Origin: Nitrosopumilus sp. | GTDB taxonomy: Archaea; Thermoproteota; Nitrososphaeria; Nitrososphaerales; Nitrosopumilaceae | DNA: 61,317 nt | Direction: 5' to 3' | NCBI GenBank assembly: GCA_047516405.1 | Contig: JAKZUU010000033.1 | Coordinates: forward strand, 1 to 61,317 | Part shown: positions 1-9,715 of the stretch, one piece after another | Numbering within the stretch: the first letter of the stretch is position 1 | Layout of the letters: each line of letters opens with the position of its first letter | Program-made: the position numbers and the translations under genes | The notes under the pieces: generated by a model | What the model was told of the DNA's origin: nothing | Database searches by the model: none | What the model saw: the letters and a program-made list of their open reading frames with translations, nothing else

Positions 1-613
1 AATCGATGCGTGATGTGATATAATCAATCATATCGTTCATACATCTGTTGCAGTTACGTCCCTAGCGATAGCTTTAAAAATATACGTGCGTATGATAGGC
101 GTGGATCAGAAGCTAAATGGAACTCACGTCTGGTTATGCACGGCTGTTTTAACATAGGTGGGTTAACTGGTTGCTATTTGGACACTTTTTCATAATTGGG
201 CCTGCAAGGCGATCTTTTTGCATCCCTTACATCAAAACAGACATTGTATTGTAGCATCGCATTACTGTATAGACAATCATCTTTTCATGTCATCATCATC
301 ATGACAAAATAATAGCGCTCACAAGCTCTGGCCGACATCACGTTCTCAAATCTAGGATACCCTGTGCACTCTTCACCTATATCTGAATGCACATTAATGT
401 AGTTATATGCCAATATCTTGCAATACTGCAAGAAACATTTCATATCTGTCTATAATTACAAAAAACCATTCATATTGCAACACAAGTAGATTGATTTAGT
501 CAAAATCTATCTAAACTACACAAATAGATGTTATCTCTCAAATCATATTTAGCATAAATTATATGCAATTTTTCCAGAAGTAATATCTAGGAGGATATTA
601 GTAAATAATTCAA

Positions 614-1585
614 ATGAAATCACATATTTTATTTTCCATTCTGATCGTCTCTTTACTTGTGAATACTTCTATCTCATCGTATGCTGAATTAGATCTCTTT
701 ACAAACAGCAAAGTCTATTCTCCTGCGCATAATCTGCAGGTATATGGCAAAGGACTAAGCGAAGAAAATATAATCATACGACTTTTTGCTCCAGATGAAT
801 CAATTGCAAAGTTTGATCAGATAACTACCAGCTCTGACGGTTCTTTTAACTATGATCTGCTGACTTGGCCTGAACCGTCCCTAAGCTTTCCTTATGGCAC
901 ATACACCATTGAAGTAATTAGTACTGAGCAAAATGGCCTCTCTCAAAAAATCGATGTAAAGTTTTTATCCACCACTGAACTCCTTGATGTGCCAGTTGAA
1001 AGAAACATCAACACTTTAGTATTTGCACCTGAAACTGCTGCAATTAACCAATCTTTCAGAGTATTTGTACAGACAACCAGTGACGGTCTTTTGATTGGAA
1101 ATCTCCCCTCTGAATTATTGGGCAGCACCCATGTTCACCTGCCATCAGGGATCTCAACCTCACTGTCTACATCTTTTGAGACTCTTCATCAAGGACTGTA
1201 TTTTGTTGACTATACTCCAAAAGAGGAAGGAACTCACGTGTTTCATGTGGTTGCATTTAGTCAGGGAACTGTATCTCACGGGTCTGCTGCCACTAACGTT
1301 CTAAGTCAGGATCTGGGTGGAATCTCAGAACAGATAATCAAACTTAACTCTATTCTAAAGAATACATCAGACGAACTTGACATTCTTAAATCAGAGATTG
1401 AAGGATTCGATAATACCTTGGAACAAGCAAGCAACAAAATTGATGAAAGCACCGGCGCTATTGCGTCATCTGTCGTATTTATCAGCGAGGCCTCCTCACA
1501 AATAAACTCGTTACTGTTTCCAATTATTGCATCCATAGGAATCATAGTTGCTTTACAGATTGCAATTCTTGCTAGAAGAAGATAG
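614..1585 (+). CDS. Conserved cell-surface/membrane-anchored hypothetical protein
   Basis: 323-aa ORF with N-terminal signal peptide, coiled-coil-like region, and C-terminal TM helix ending RRR. Confidence 0.7.
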   Translation: MKSHILFSILIVSLLVNTSISSYAELDLFTNSKVYSPAHNLQVYGKGLSEENIIIRLFAPDESIAKFDQITTSSDGSFNYDLLTWPEPSLSFPYGTYTIEVISTEQNGLSQKIDVKFLSTTELLDVPVERNINTLVFAPETAAINQSFRVFVQTTSDGLLIGNLPSELLGSTHVHLPSGISTSLSTSFETLHQGLYFVDYTPKEEGTHVFHVVAFSQGTVSHGSAATNVLSQDLGGISEQIIKLNSILKNTSDELDILKSEIEGFDNTLEQASNKIDESTGAIASSVVFISEASSQINSLLFPIIASIGIIVALQIAILARRR

Positions 1586-1613
1586 TTATAATAATGCTGG
1601 AAAATAAAAAGAC

Positions 1614-4600
1614 ATGATACCCAAAGCAGTGATTTTCTCTACTGTGCTCCTTTTCTCTATCACTGTAACTAGCTCATATGCATTTGTTTCAGGCGACCTA
1701 CCGCACATTGACAGCGTTGAGAATCCTTTGATTTTTGATTCCGAGATTGTGCAAATCGACTCTAGTTTTTTCACTACAAATGATTTTAAAAGATATCTAA
1801 TCTTTGGAAACAATCTGCGACATGACAACTCTTTAAAGAATAATTCCATATATGGTATTGAATCAGAATCTAGGTTTTTTTATGTCGCTGCTCTGTCTAC
1901 AAAAACTGTATCCAATCTAGCTCTGCAAGGATATTATGTTATTGAAGATTTTAAATTAGACTTTCATGCATCGGACTCTAAAATTCCCGATGCCTCCAAA
2001 ATAGGTGAAATTACAGGTTCTGATTTATCTGCTCAAAGATACAATTCAACTGGATCTGGTACTGTCATTGCAGTTGTAGATACCGGAGTTGATTTTTCCA
2101 ATCCTGATATTCAACATTCGCTTGCACGTGATGAATTTAATCACCCTATAATGCTGGATCCTGATGGACAGGGAATCGTATTAACTAATTCAACCTTTTT
2201 TGCATTTATTGATGAGCATGGAATTGTTAAAAATTACACTAGACCCATTCCTTCAAACATAACCTCTTCTGTATATGTAAACCAAGATGGAGTATTTCTT
2301 GACCTCTTGCAAGGAGGTAAAGGTACTGAGATTCCAATTTATAATTCGTTTTTTCCACAATTCGGAGACACAGTGATCTTCAACGGTACTATGATTGACG
2401 ATCTAAAGATTGGAGATGACAATAGAAATTATATCAAGTCAAAAAGTGGCATATACCGTCTTGGTCTGATATATCAGGGCGCACTCCAGGGACCATTTGT
2501 TGGAATACAAGTAGTGCCTGTTTTATTAGTAGATTCTTTAACACCGGGAGTCTATGATACTCTGATTCCTGATCTAAGTACTTCTTGGCATGATTTTACG
2601 CGATTTGATCTAAGTCCATTCGAGCAACCAGATTTTGATTTTGATTTTACTGACGAAAAACCAATCGTGTTGGGAAGTGGAAACGAATTTCTTGTTTATG
2701 ATTCAAACAATGATGGAAAAAATGATTACAGTGCAGGAACATTCGGCGCACAGGTTTTAGATGTTTACGGTGCAGTCACAAACAATATATCTGTAGTTGA
2801 TGATTTCGTACAAGCAGTTAATGGAACGCTGCTACCTGCATTAGATCCAGATGGCGAATTCTTTGGACTAATGACTGATTTTGCAGGTCACGGTACTGCA
2901 TCTACTGCATCAATTACTTCACGTGGACATGAAACTTATGACATTTACAATAATTCAAAACGGCACTCAATTACCGGCGTAGCTCCAGACGCAAAAATCA
3001 TACCCATTAAAGCACTGTGGTTCGGTGACACTGTTTATGGTTGGCTATGGGCTGCTGGATTTGACAATAAAGACAACAATTGGACATTTGCAAACAAACC
3101 AAGAGCTGATATAATTTCAAACAGCTGGGGCGTATCTAGTTTCCCTTATTTTAAGACGTCTCCTGGAATGGATGTGTTGTCGCTAATTCTTGATGTATTG
3201 GTCACTCCAACTTCATTGGATGATGATTATCCTGGCGTAACAATGGTCACTAGTGCTGGGAACTCTGGTCATGGATACGGAACAATAGGGTTACCTACTG
3301 CTGGATCTTTTGGAGTTTCAGTTGGCGCCACTACCAACAATGTATTTGTTGGATATGGCCCTTTCAAAGACCAGCCAAGATTCGGTAGTAGTACAGTTCA
3401 CAATAATCACATAGTTGATTTCTCCAGCAAAGGTCCTAGTCCGGTTGGAGACCCCAAGCCTGATCTTATGAGTATTGGCGCTTATAGTTTTGTTCCATCA
3501 AATGTCTTAAAAACTACAAAAGATTCCAAAGATGAGTCCTTCTCATTATTTGGAGGGACTAGTATGGCAGCGCCAATAGTCGCAGGCAGTGCTGCAATTC
3601 TAATTGAAGAAATGCGAAAAGAGTTCCAAGACTATGATCCATTTTTGCTCAAAAACATTCTCATGTCTACTGCAACTGATTTGCACAATGATCCACTAAC
3701 TCAAGGATCTGGCTTAGTAAATGTTGAATCCGCTTTAAATTACGTTCATGGCGATGATGGGGTTTTCATAGTGTATAATGACGGCTCATACGATAACATT
3801 AAAAAAATTCTTGATCCTGCGATTGAAAATATAAACTCCACTGCAATAGGATTTGAGACTTTTCAGCTTCCTACACGTTCATTTCCTATGACTAGTTGGT
3901 TTGCAGGACAATTACTTCCAGGAGACAGAACCACAGCTACCTTCACAATCGAGAATCCTACAGATGAACCTCTCTTCGTTAATATCAAACCCCAAACATT
4001 ATCTTTGATAACAAAAACTCAACTCAACGGAACGACGATTCCTCGTCAACAAGATCCTATACTGAATGCAACTGACACATTTATTCCAAATTATGTTAAA
4101 CTCTCTGATATAGGTACACATGATGAACTAGACGATTTCTTTAATGACGATGATCCAATTCCTGATGATTCCTCACTGATGATCTTAAATGTAAATTTTC
4201 TATTCAACGACTTTATGAATAAAACTACCGATGTCTATGCTGACGATTTTACGATTGCTTCATTGTATGTATATGATTGGATTGACAGCAATAATGATAC
4301 TGAAGTTACCAGTGACGAATTATCCATGGTCAACAGAGCCGGTTCATGGGGCACTGTTCAAGAATTACGAGTTTCGGATCCCAACGAAAAATTTGACGGC
4401 GTTCCACTGGTGGGAGTCTATCCTGTAGCCACAAAATTCTCTTACTGGGTCGGTAATACTGCACGAAATTCAACTTCTTTTGATTATACTGTTTCTGCTA
4501 GTTATTACGAAAAAGAAAAGTGGCCTCTGATATGGTCGGAATTCGAGACAATCACAGTTCCTCCTAACGATGTATATGAAGTTGATGTAACTCTGGTCGC

Positions 4601-5489
4601 TCCAAGTGATCTTCACACCGGGATCTATCAAGGATTTTTAACCTTTGAAGGTGGTCAACATACCGTAAACGCTCCTGTATCGTTTGTGATTAAGCAACCT
4701 GTAACAGAAATTGATTCTCTAATTGTATTTAATGGTGTCCAAAGCGACGATGTTCTTTATGGTAATGGATACACCAAAGGTGCATTTGATATGGGTGGGA
4801 GATATATGGCTGGTGATTGGAGACAATATTATTTTGACATTCAAAACGAATCGATCAATTCCGCTGCAGTTGAACTTTCGTGGGATAGCGATGATACCAA
4901 TCTCTCTGTATTTGTAATGGATCCTACAGGACAAATAATACAGACCAACGTTCCTTCTGGTGTGTTTGAACGTTTCTTTAATTGGGTTTCGCTTGATTGG
5001 TTAGGCACTTCTCCATTTAGTGGAGGTGGAGGTTTTTATCCAGTCAAGAACAAAGATGATACATCAACCGTACTTTACGTGCCAATTAATCAAACTGGCA
5101 CCTATACATTATTGGCACATTCGACTCTGTTTGGTGGTTCATCTACTACTGAACCTGTTACCTTGGCAGCCAAGTTTACAAATATTTCAGCTGATGCAGA
5201 CATTGGCGCCAATGATGAGGTAAGTATTGAATTAATTCCTGACGATTTAGAAAAAAATCCTCTAACTGCACTTGAAACAGACACTGCACCACAATCAGCA
5301 GATCCAACAGACGACGAGACAATTAATCTAGTAGCAGATCAAACAGTATCTACTGAATTCACTTCATCCTTTAATATTGGCATTGTAATTGGTATAGGCA
5401 TTGGCATAAGTATTGGAGCTGTCATAGGCATCATCTTCATTTTTACCACTAGACGAAGATCCATTGCAAGTACAAAATCACCCATATAA
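1614..5489 (+). CDS. S8 family (subtilisin-like) serine peptidase, membrane anchored
   Basis: Catalytic triad motifs VVDTG, GHGT, GTSMAAP; signal peptide; C-terminal Gly-rich TM followed by RRR. Confidence 0.93.
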   Translation: MIPKAVIFSTVLLFSITVTSSYAFVSGDLPHIDSVENPLIFDSEIVQIDSSFFTTNDFKRYLIFGNNLRHDNSLKNNSIYGIESESRFFYVAALSTKTVSNLALQGYYVIEDFKLDFHASDSKIPDASKIGEITGSDLSAQRYNSTGSGTVIAVVDTGVDFSNPDIQHSLARDEFNHPIMLDPDGQGIVLTNSTFFAFIDEHGIVKNYTRPIPSNITSSVYVNQDGVFLDLLQGGKGTEIPIYNSFFPQFGDTVIFNGTMIDDLKIGDDNRNYIKSKSGIYRLGLIYQGALQGPFVGIQVVPVLLVDSLTPGVYDTLIPDLSTSWHDFTRFDLSPFEQPDFDFDFTDEKPIVLGSGNEFLVYDSNNDGKNDYSAGTFGAQVLDVYGAVTNNISVVDDFVQAVNGTLLPALDPDGEFFGLMTDFAGHGTASTASITSRGHETYDIYNNSKRHSITGVAPDAKIIPIKALWFGDTVYGWLWAAGFDNKDNNWTFANKPRADIISNSWGVSSFPYFKTSPGMDVLSLILDVLVTPTSLDDDYPGVTMVTSAGNSGHGYGTIGLPTAGSFGVSVGATTNNVFVGYGPFKDQPRFGSSTVHNNHIVDFSSKGPSPVGDPKPDLMSIGAYSFVPSNVLKTTKDSKDESFSLFGGTSMAAPIVAGSAAILIEEMRKEFQDYDPFLLKNILMSTATDLHNDPLTQGSGLVNVESALNYVHGDDGVFIVYNDGSYDNIKKILDPAIENINSTAIGFETFQLPTRSFPMTSWFAGQLLPGDRTTATFTIENPTDEPLFVNIKPQTLSLITKTQLNGTTIPRQQDPILNATDTFIPNYVKLSDIGTHDELDDFFNDDDPIPDDSSLMILNVNFLFNDFMNKTTDVYADDFTIASLYVYDWIDSNNDTEVTSDELSMVNRAGSWGTVQELRVSDPNEKFDGVPLVGVYPVATKFSYWVGNTARNSTSFDYTVSASYYEKEKWPLIWSEFETITVPPNDVYEVDVTLVAPSDLHTGIYQGFLTFEGGQHTVNAPVSFVIKQPVTEIDSLIVFNGVQSDDVLYGNGYTKGAFDMGGRYMAGDWRQYYFDIQNESINSAAVELSWDSDDTNLSVFVMDPTGQIIQTNVPSGVFERFFNWVSLDWLGTSPFSGGGGFYPVKNKDDTSTVLYVPINQTGTYTLLAHSTLFGGSSTTEPVTLAAKFTNISADADIGANDEVSIELIPDDLEKNPLTALETDTAPQSADPTDDETINLVADQTVSTEFTSSFNIGIVIGIGIGISIGAVIGIIFIFTTRRRSIASTKSPI

Positions 5490-5514
5490 AATCAATCTAG
5501 CTATAATTTTGATT

Positions 5515-5541
5515 TAATAATAATAATAATAATAATAATAA
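5515..5541. repeat. (TAA)9 microsatellite
   Basis: Nine perfect TAA units between the S8 gene and the Rieske gene. Confidence 0.9.
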
Positions 5542-5713
5542 AACAAAATCCATAATTAATTCAAGTATGTAGAATTAACAACAACCTGTGGTTTTTGTGT
5601 AAATTTTAATGAAATTATATAATATTGATATCAATATATGATTTGTATCAATCTATTGTTAAATTTTAAATTAATTTGACATATATTTGAATTAATTGGA
5701 AAACTAAAGAAGA

Positions 5714-5720
5714 TTTATAA
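5714..5720 (+). promoter_or_regulatory. Putative TATA box of the Rieske/cytochrome b operon
   Basis: TTTATAA with purine-rich BRE-like upstream sequence, about 27 nt before ATG 5747 (leaderless spacing). Confidence 0.55.
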
Positions 5721-5746
5721 CTAATTTGACGACTATATGATTTTGG

Positions 5747-6352
5747 ATGTCAGAACTAAAGACTACAAAGTCTGGCGGATTATCCAGAAGAGACTTTTTA
5801 AAGTTGATCGGTGCTGCTGGAACAGGTTTAGCGTTTGCTCCATTTGTACCGTTTGGCAACTTCATGCCCAATCCCAATCAGGCATCACTTGAAAGAGTGC
5901 CTGTACTGCTACCTGACGGCACTCAGGCTAATATCAACACGTTTGCAGTCAACTCTGCTGAGGTTATTACCTATCCTGCAACTGGTGATTCAGCATTAGA
6001 TGCTGAAGCATTTCGTAAATGGCAATTCATTAGACTGCCTGAAGAGTTAGGCGGTGCAAAAAATGACGTATCTTCTGTTCGAGCATACAGTATGATATGT
6101 CTTCACCTTTGGTGTTTATGGAAATATTGGCCAGAGGACGGAAGAAAAAGAGGTGAATGTCCTTGTCATGGTAGCATGTACGATCCATCTACCGGAACAG
6201 CTTATCTTGGCCCTGCATCCGTGCAGGCTGCACCATCAAACACATTAGCTGAATTAACTTTAGATCTCAATGCAGATGGATTTTTTTACATACTGCCGCC
6301 AACATTTAACGTAAATGCAAATGGAGTAATTGGATATGGCCGTTTCGCTTGA
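5747..6352 (+). CDS. Rieske 2Fe-2S protein (complex III)
   Basis: Tat signal SRRDFLK; Rieske boxes CLHLWC and CPCHGS; adjacent to cytochrome b. Confidence 0.95.
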   Translation: MSELKTTKSGGLSRRDFLKLIGAAGTGLAFAPFVPFGNFMPNPNQASLERVPVLLPDGTQANINTFAVNSAEVITYPATGDSALDAEAFRKWQFIRLPEELGGAKNDVSSVRAYSMICLHLWCLWKYWPEDGRKRGECPCHGSMYDPSTGTAYLGPASVQAAPSNTLAELTLDLNADGFFYILPPTFNVNANGVIGYGRFA

Positions 6353-7937
6353 AAGACGAACTGGCGTAGTCGCATTATTTTATTGGCTTTGGGATGGGGT
6401 AGATAGAACTATCTTTACTGCGATAAAATTCTCGTTCCCTGCAAGATTTGTTAGTCCATTTGGATTTTTAGGAATGCTTACATTTGTCGTATTTATCATT
6501 CTTGGCGTTTCAGGCGCTCTGCTAATGTTTTATTACCAACCAATTCTTGACAGGGCATGGGACAGTGTTGAATTTATCAACAATGACGTTCCATTTGGCT
6601 TTCATATTAGAAACATTCACTATCACGGTTCAAATGCAATGGTGCTTTTGGCAGTTCTTCATATGTACTATCAATACTTTAGTGGAAGATACAAAATAAG
6701 AAATGAAGTTATATGGATGACTGGTGTAATTCTTGGTACTGTTACTATTCTTGAGGCGTTTACAGGATATGATGTCATCTTTAGTGAAAGGGCAGAACTA
6801 GCAATTAGTATTGCTGCGTCTTTGACTACGTCTATTCCTGTTGTAGGTCCAACTATTCGTGATGCAGCATTAGGTAGTGGTTTTTCTGACTTTGTGTTGC
6901 GGTTTTATGCACAACACGTGTTCTTGTTACCTATAGTCATGCTTGGACTAATGGCAGTACATTTCCCACGATTCTTAGTCTTTGATGTACCAATGGTGAT
7001 GGCAATTTCAGGCGCAATTTTGATTACAGGCGGGGTGTTCCCAATTGATCTGGGGTTCAAATTTCAACCGGACCAAGCTCCCGGTGTAACAGTCCCTGAA
7101 TGGTATTTAACAGGAATTTATGCATTTATGAGAACACAATACGACAAGTTTGTTACAGGACTGCTGTGGCCATTGCTGTTTATCACATCGTTTGTGTTGA
7201 TCCCATTCATTGACAGGTATAAGAAATTCTCTTGGAGGGACAGACCGATCATTACCGCATTTGGCATTACCAGTCTTGCCCAAATCATGGTCACTACCTA
7301 CTGGGGATTCTACATTTCACCTGACGTAAAGATTCCTCTAGTAGAGCGTCTGGTAATCGATCCGGTATTCTTCTATTCTACAATGATACTGTTAGTGCCA
7401 TTGGGCTTTGGATTTACCTACATGATGATTAAACTTGCAAATGAAGCAGAAAGAAAATCAAAACTTGCAAAGAGTAACGGACCACAAAAAGTAGCCACCA
7501 TTAGTTTTTCTGAACAATGGATTAACTGGTTGCTGATTGCTCTCTTAGCATTCCAAGTATTCCTAAACATTGCAGCATATAACGCGGCTTTGACAGGCAT
7601 GAAGAATGTCTCATTGTTCTTTGTTGGACTTATTCTACTAGTGTTTGCGGCGTTCTTCCATGTGTATCGGTATGCACTAAGCCAACAAAAGAGTGCACCG
7701 CCACCTGCACCACCTTTTGTATTGGATGAAATACCGGAACTATCTGAACCGAGCACAGCATCTGAACCGAGCAAACTTCCGGAAGACAATACTGACAGAT
7801 CTGAAGAAACGTCAAAACCAAAAGAATCTGAACCTGGTATTCCTTTACCCAAAATTCAAGCAGATTTAGGAACTCCAACTGATGTTGTTGCTAACAATAA
7901 TAACCATATTGGCTCAAACGATCTTGCCAAATTGTAA
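6336..7937 (+). CDS. Cytochrome b/b6 subunit (complex III)
   Basis: Heme-ligand His motifs (RNIHYHG, LHM, AQH, VH), PEWY motif, multiple TM helices; ATG at 6336 preferred over TTG 6330. Confidence 0.95.
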   Translation: MAVSLERRTGVVALFYWLWDGVDRTIFTAIKFSFPARFVSPFGFLGMLTFVVFIILGVSGALLMFYYQPILDRAWDSVEFINNDVPFGFHIRNIHYHGSNAMVLLAVLHMYYQYFSGRYKIRNEVIWMTGVILGTVTILEAFTGYDVIFSERAELAISIAASLTTSIPVVGPTIRDAALGSGFSDFVLRFYAQHVFLLPIVMLGLMAVHFPRFLVFDVPMVMAISGAILITGGVFPIDLGFKFQPDQAPGVTVPEWYLTGIYAFMRTQYDKFVTGLLWPLLFITSFVLIPFIDRYKKFSWRDRPIITAFGITSLAQIMVTTYWGFYISPDVKIPLVERLVIDPVFFYSTMILLVPLGFGFTYMMIKLANEAERKSKLAKSNGPQKVATISFSEQWINWLLIALLAFQVFLNIAAYNAALTGMKNVSLFFVGLILLVFAAFFHVYRYALSQQKSAPPPAPPFVLDEIPELSEPSTASEPSKLPEDNTDRSEETSKPKESEPGIPLPKIQADLGTPTDVVANNNNHIGSNDLAKL

Positions 7938-7956
7938 CTCAAATTTCTAAACAAGC

Positions 7957-7963
7957 TTTATAA
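7957..7963 (+). promoter_or_regulatory. Putative TATA box of the cupredoxin gene
   Basis: TTTATAA about 24 nt before ATG 7987. Confidence 0.5.
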
Positions 7964-7986
7964 GAACTTGAACAACTGCAAAAATT

Positions 7987-8454
7987 ATGAGTGCTCCTAC
8001 ATCAAGTCATGCGTATGGCATTGGGGTTATTGCATTAATTGTTGGTATGTCTGCCTCTTTAGTATTCTACACTTCATTCTATCTTCCAGAATCTCTACTG
8101 AAACCATCAGTATCTGAACACATTTTAAATCCAGAAGAGGAGACTTATGTAATTAAAATTCTTATTGGCGCTGGACTTGAGGGAAACGATAATTATTTTC
8201 CAAACAAGGCATCTGTAATTCTCGAGACCAACAACCGCGTAATTTGGCAAAATGAAGACGATACTGCGCATACTGTCACCCCTGATCACAGGTATGAAGA
8301 TTCGTATAGTGGACAATTTGAGTCTATTGGTTTAATAAAACCCGGTGACTCTTATGAGTTCCTGTTTACAGAACCTGCGGAGTCAATTCCTTATCATTGC
8401 ACACCGCATCCATGGATGAATGGAGAAATATCTATAGGGAAAAAAAGATTCTAG
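7987..8454 (+). CDS. Membrane-anchored plastocyanin-like blue copper protein (cupredoxin)
   Basis: N-terminal TM; type-1 Cu ligands in HTVT and YHCTPHPWM; follows cytochrome b. Confidence 0.92.
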   Translation: MSAPTSSHAYGIGVIALIVGMSASLVFYTSFYLPESLLKPSVSEHILNPEEETYVIKILIGAGLEGNDNYFPNKASVILETNNRVIWQNEDDTAHTVTPDHRYEDSYSGQFESIGLIKPGDSYEFLFTEPAESIPYHCTPHPWMNGEISIGKKRF

Positions 8455-8565
8455 GCTAACTTTTTTTCTAGGTTTACGGTTAATGTGTTTGAAATAGCGG
8501 TCAAACTATATTGCTATTTTAGAACAGCGGTGAACTGATCTACTAAAAATGATAGATTTTTTTGA

Positions 8566-8600
8566 CGGCACATCAACAGCAATTGAAAATTGGTGTGCCG
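8566..8600. terminator. Hairpin in convergent intergenic region, possible terminator
   Basis: CGGCACATCAA / TTGGTGTGCCG 11-bp stem with one G-U on the + strand, flanked by T runs. Confidence 0.3.
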
Positions 8601-8785
8601 GATTTTTAAAATATTATTGTGCAAAGTGGCACCGTCTAGCCTGAATCTTTAAAACTAAAAACATGATGACGCAAATTTACCATAAACAAAGATCGCAAAT
8701 CAATTCAAAAATTTATGAGATTGGGCGTTATTGGACGCACAAGTCGTTAATCTGACCTTTGCAATTATTATGGCAGACACAACTT

Positions 8786-9139
8786 TCATTTAGAATATCT
8801 GGCAAAAATTATCTGACTTTCAATCTCTTTATGCTGTTCAATAACGGATGCTCTAAACTTAACTTCATGTTCTTTCTGTTTTGGTTCAAAATTAATCAAC
8901 GCAGTAAATTTTGCTGTATTTTCAGGCATTATGTCTTTGCCGATAAACAGCCTTGAGACGTTCTGCGATATCTTTTTTCCATTATATGACTTGTATACTA
9001 TGTGTTCATTCGAGTCTAGAATTTGTGTATTTATTACGACTCCGTCATACCGTCCTGGGTATGAAACAGAAATCGTTCCTACAATCTCAGAATTAGGGTG
9101 AATTTCCGTTGTGTCTAATCTGAAATCAATATCTTTCAT
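8786..9139 (-). CDS. Hypothetical protein (beta-sandwich-like)
   Basis: ORF 8786..9232; the internal ATG at 9139 (MKDIDFRLD) is the more likely start. Confidence 0.65.
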   Translation of the reverse strand: MKDIDFRLDTTEIHPNSEIVGTISVSYPGRYDGVVINTQILDSNEHIVYKSYNGKKISQNVSRLFIGKDIMPENTAKFTALINFEPKQKEHEVKFRASVIEQHKEIESQIIFARYSK

Positions 9140-9715
9140 ATATATACGCGGCTCAATTACAATAATAGTTTTGTTGCCATCTGGTAACTTGGCCAGTCTT
9201 TGGGGCGCGTCATCTGGGATTCTTCCAGACAAAATCTACGAAGAATTCAAACAAATGAACTTGGGTAACAGGCACGGCCATCACTTTCTATTCAGACGTA
9301 TAGTACTGTTGTCATTGGAATACATTTGCAGTCAGGCATGTGTCAAAAGAATTGCAATGGCAGCTCTGAGAGATAAAAGCACATCTGACTACACCGCTAG
9401 AGAAGAATGAAATCCCGACGCATCTATTCCGGGCAAGACCATACTGTCAAAAGTAAATACATGCATTGCAGATGACGAATATGCGGCAGAGGCCTCTCCA
9501 ACTGCCAAAGGCGTTATACATGATGCAGATATCGTTCAAAATCAAACAAAAAATAACTGATTCGAGAGATAGCGCTAAAGATCCAGTACTGCGGCATGTC
9601 CGTAGATACAACTCAGTGATCTCAATGACATGATAAGAGGGTGATGGGAGATGTTACACACGATCGAATCAGATGTGACAGACTGTAAAGCAAAGCACTT
9701 GGCATGACATTGTTG

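Noticed and set aside
8623..8634. AAAGTGGCACCG, matching part of the SpCas9 tracrRNA
   Set aside because: Only 12 nt, with no anti-repeat, array or cas gene; compatible with chance.
9111..9560. Plus-strand ORF and downstream frame ending IHDADIV, possibly a decayed HD-domain gene
   Set aside because: Similarity is too weak to support without a search; treated as a degenerate spacer.
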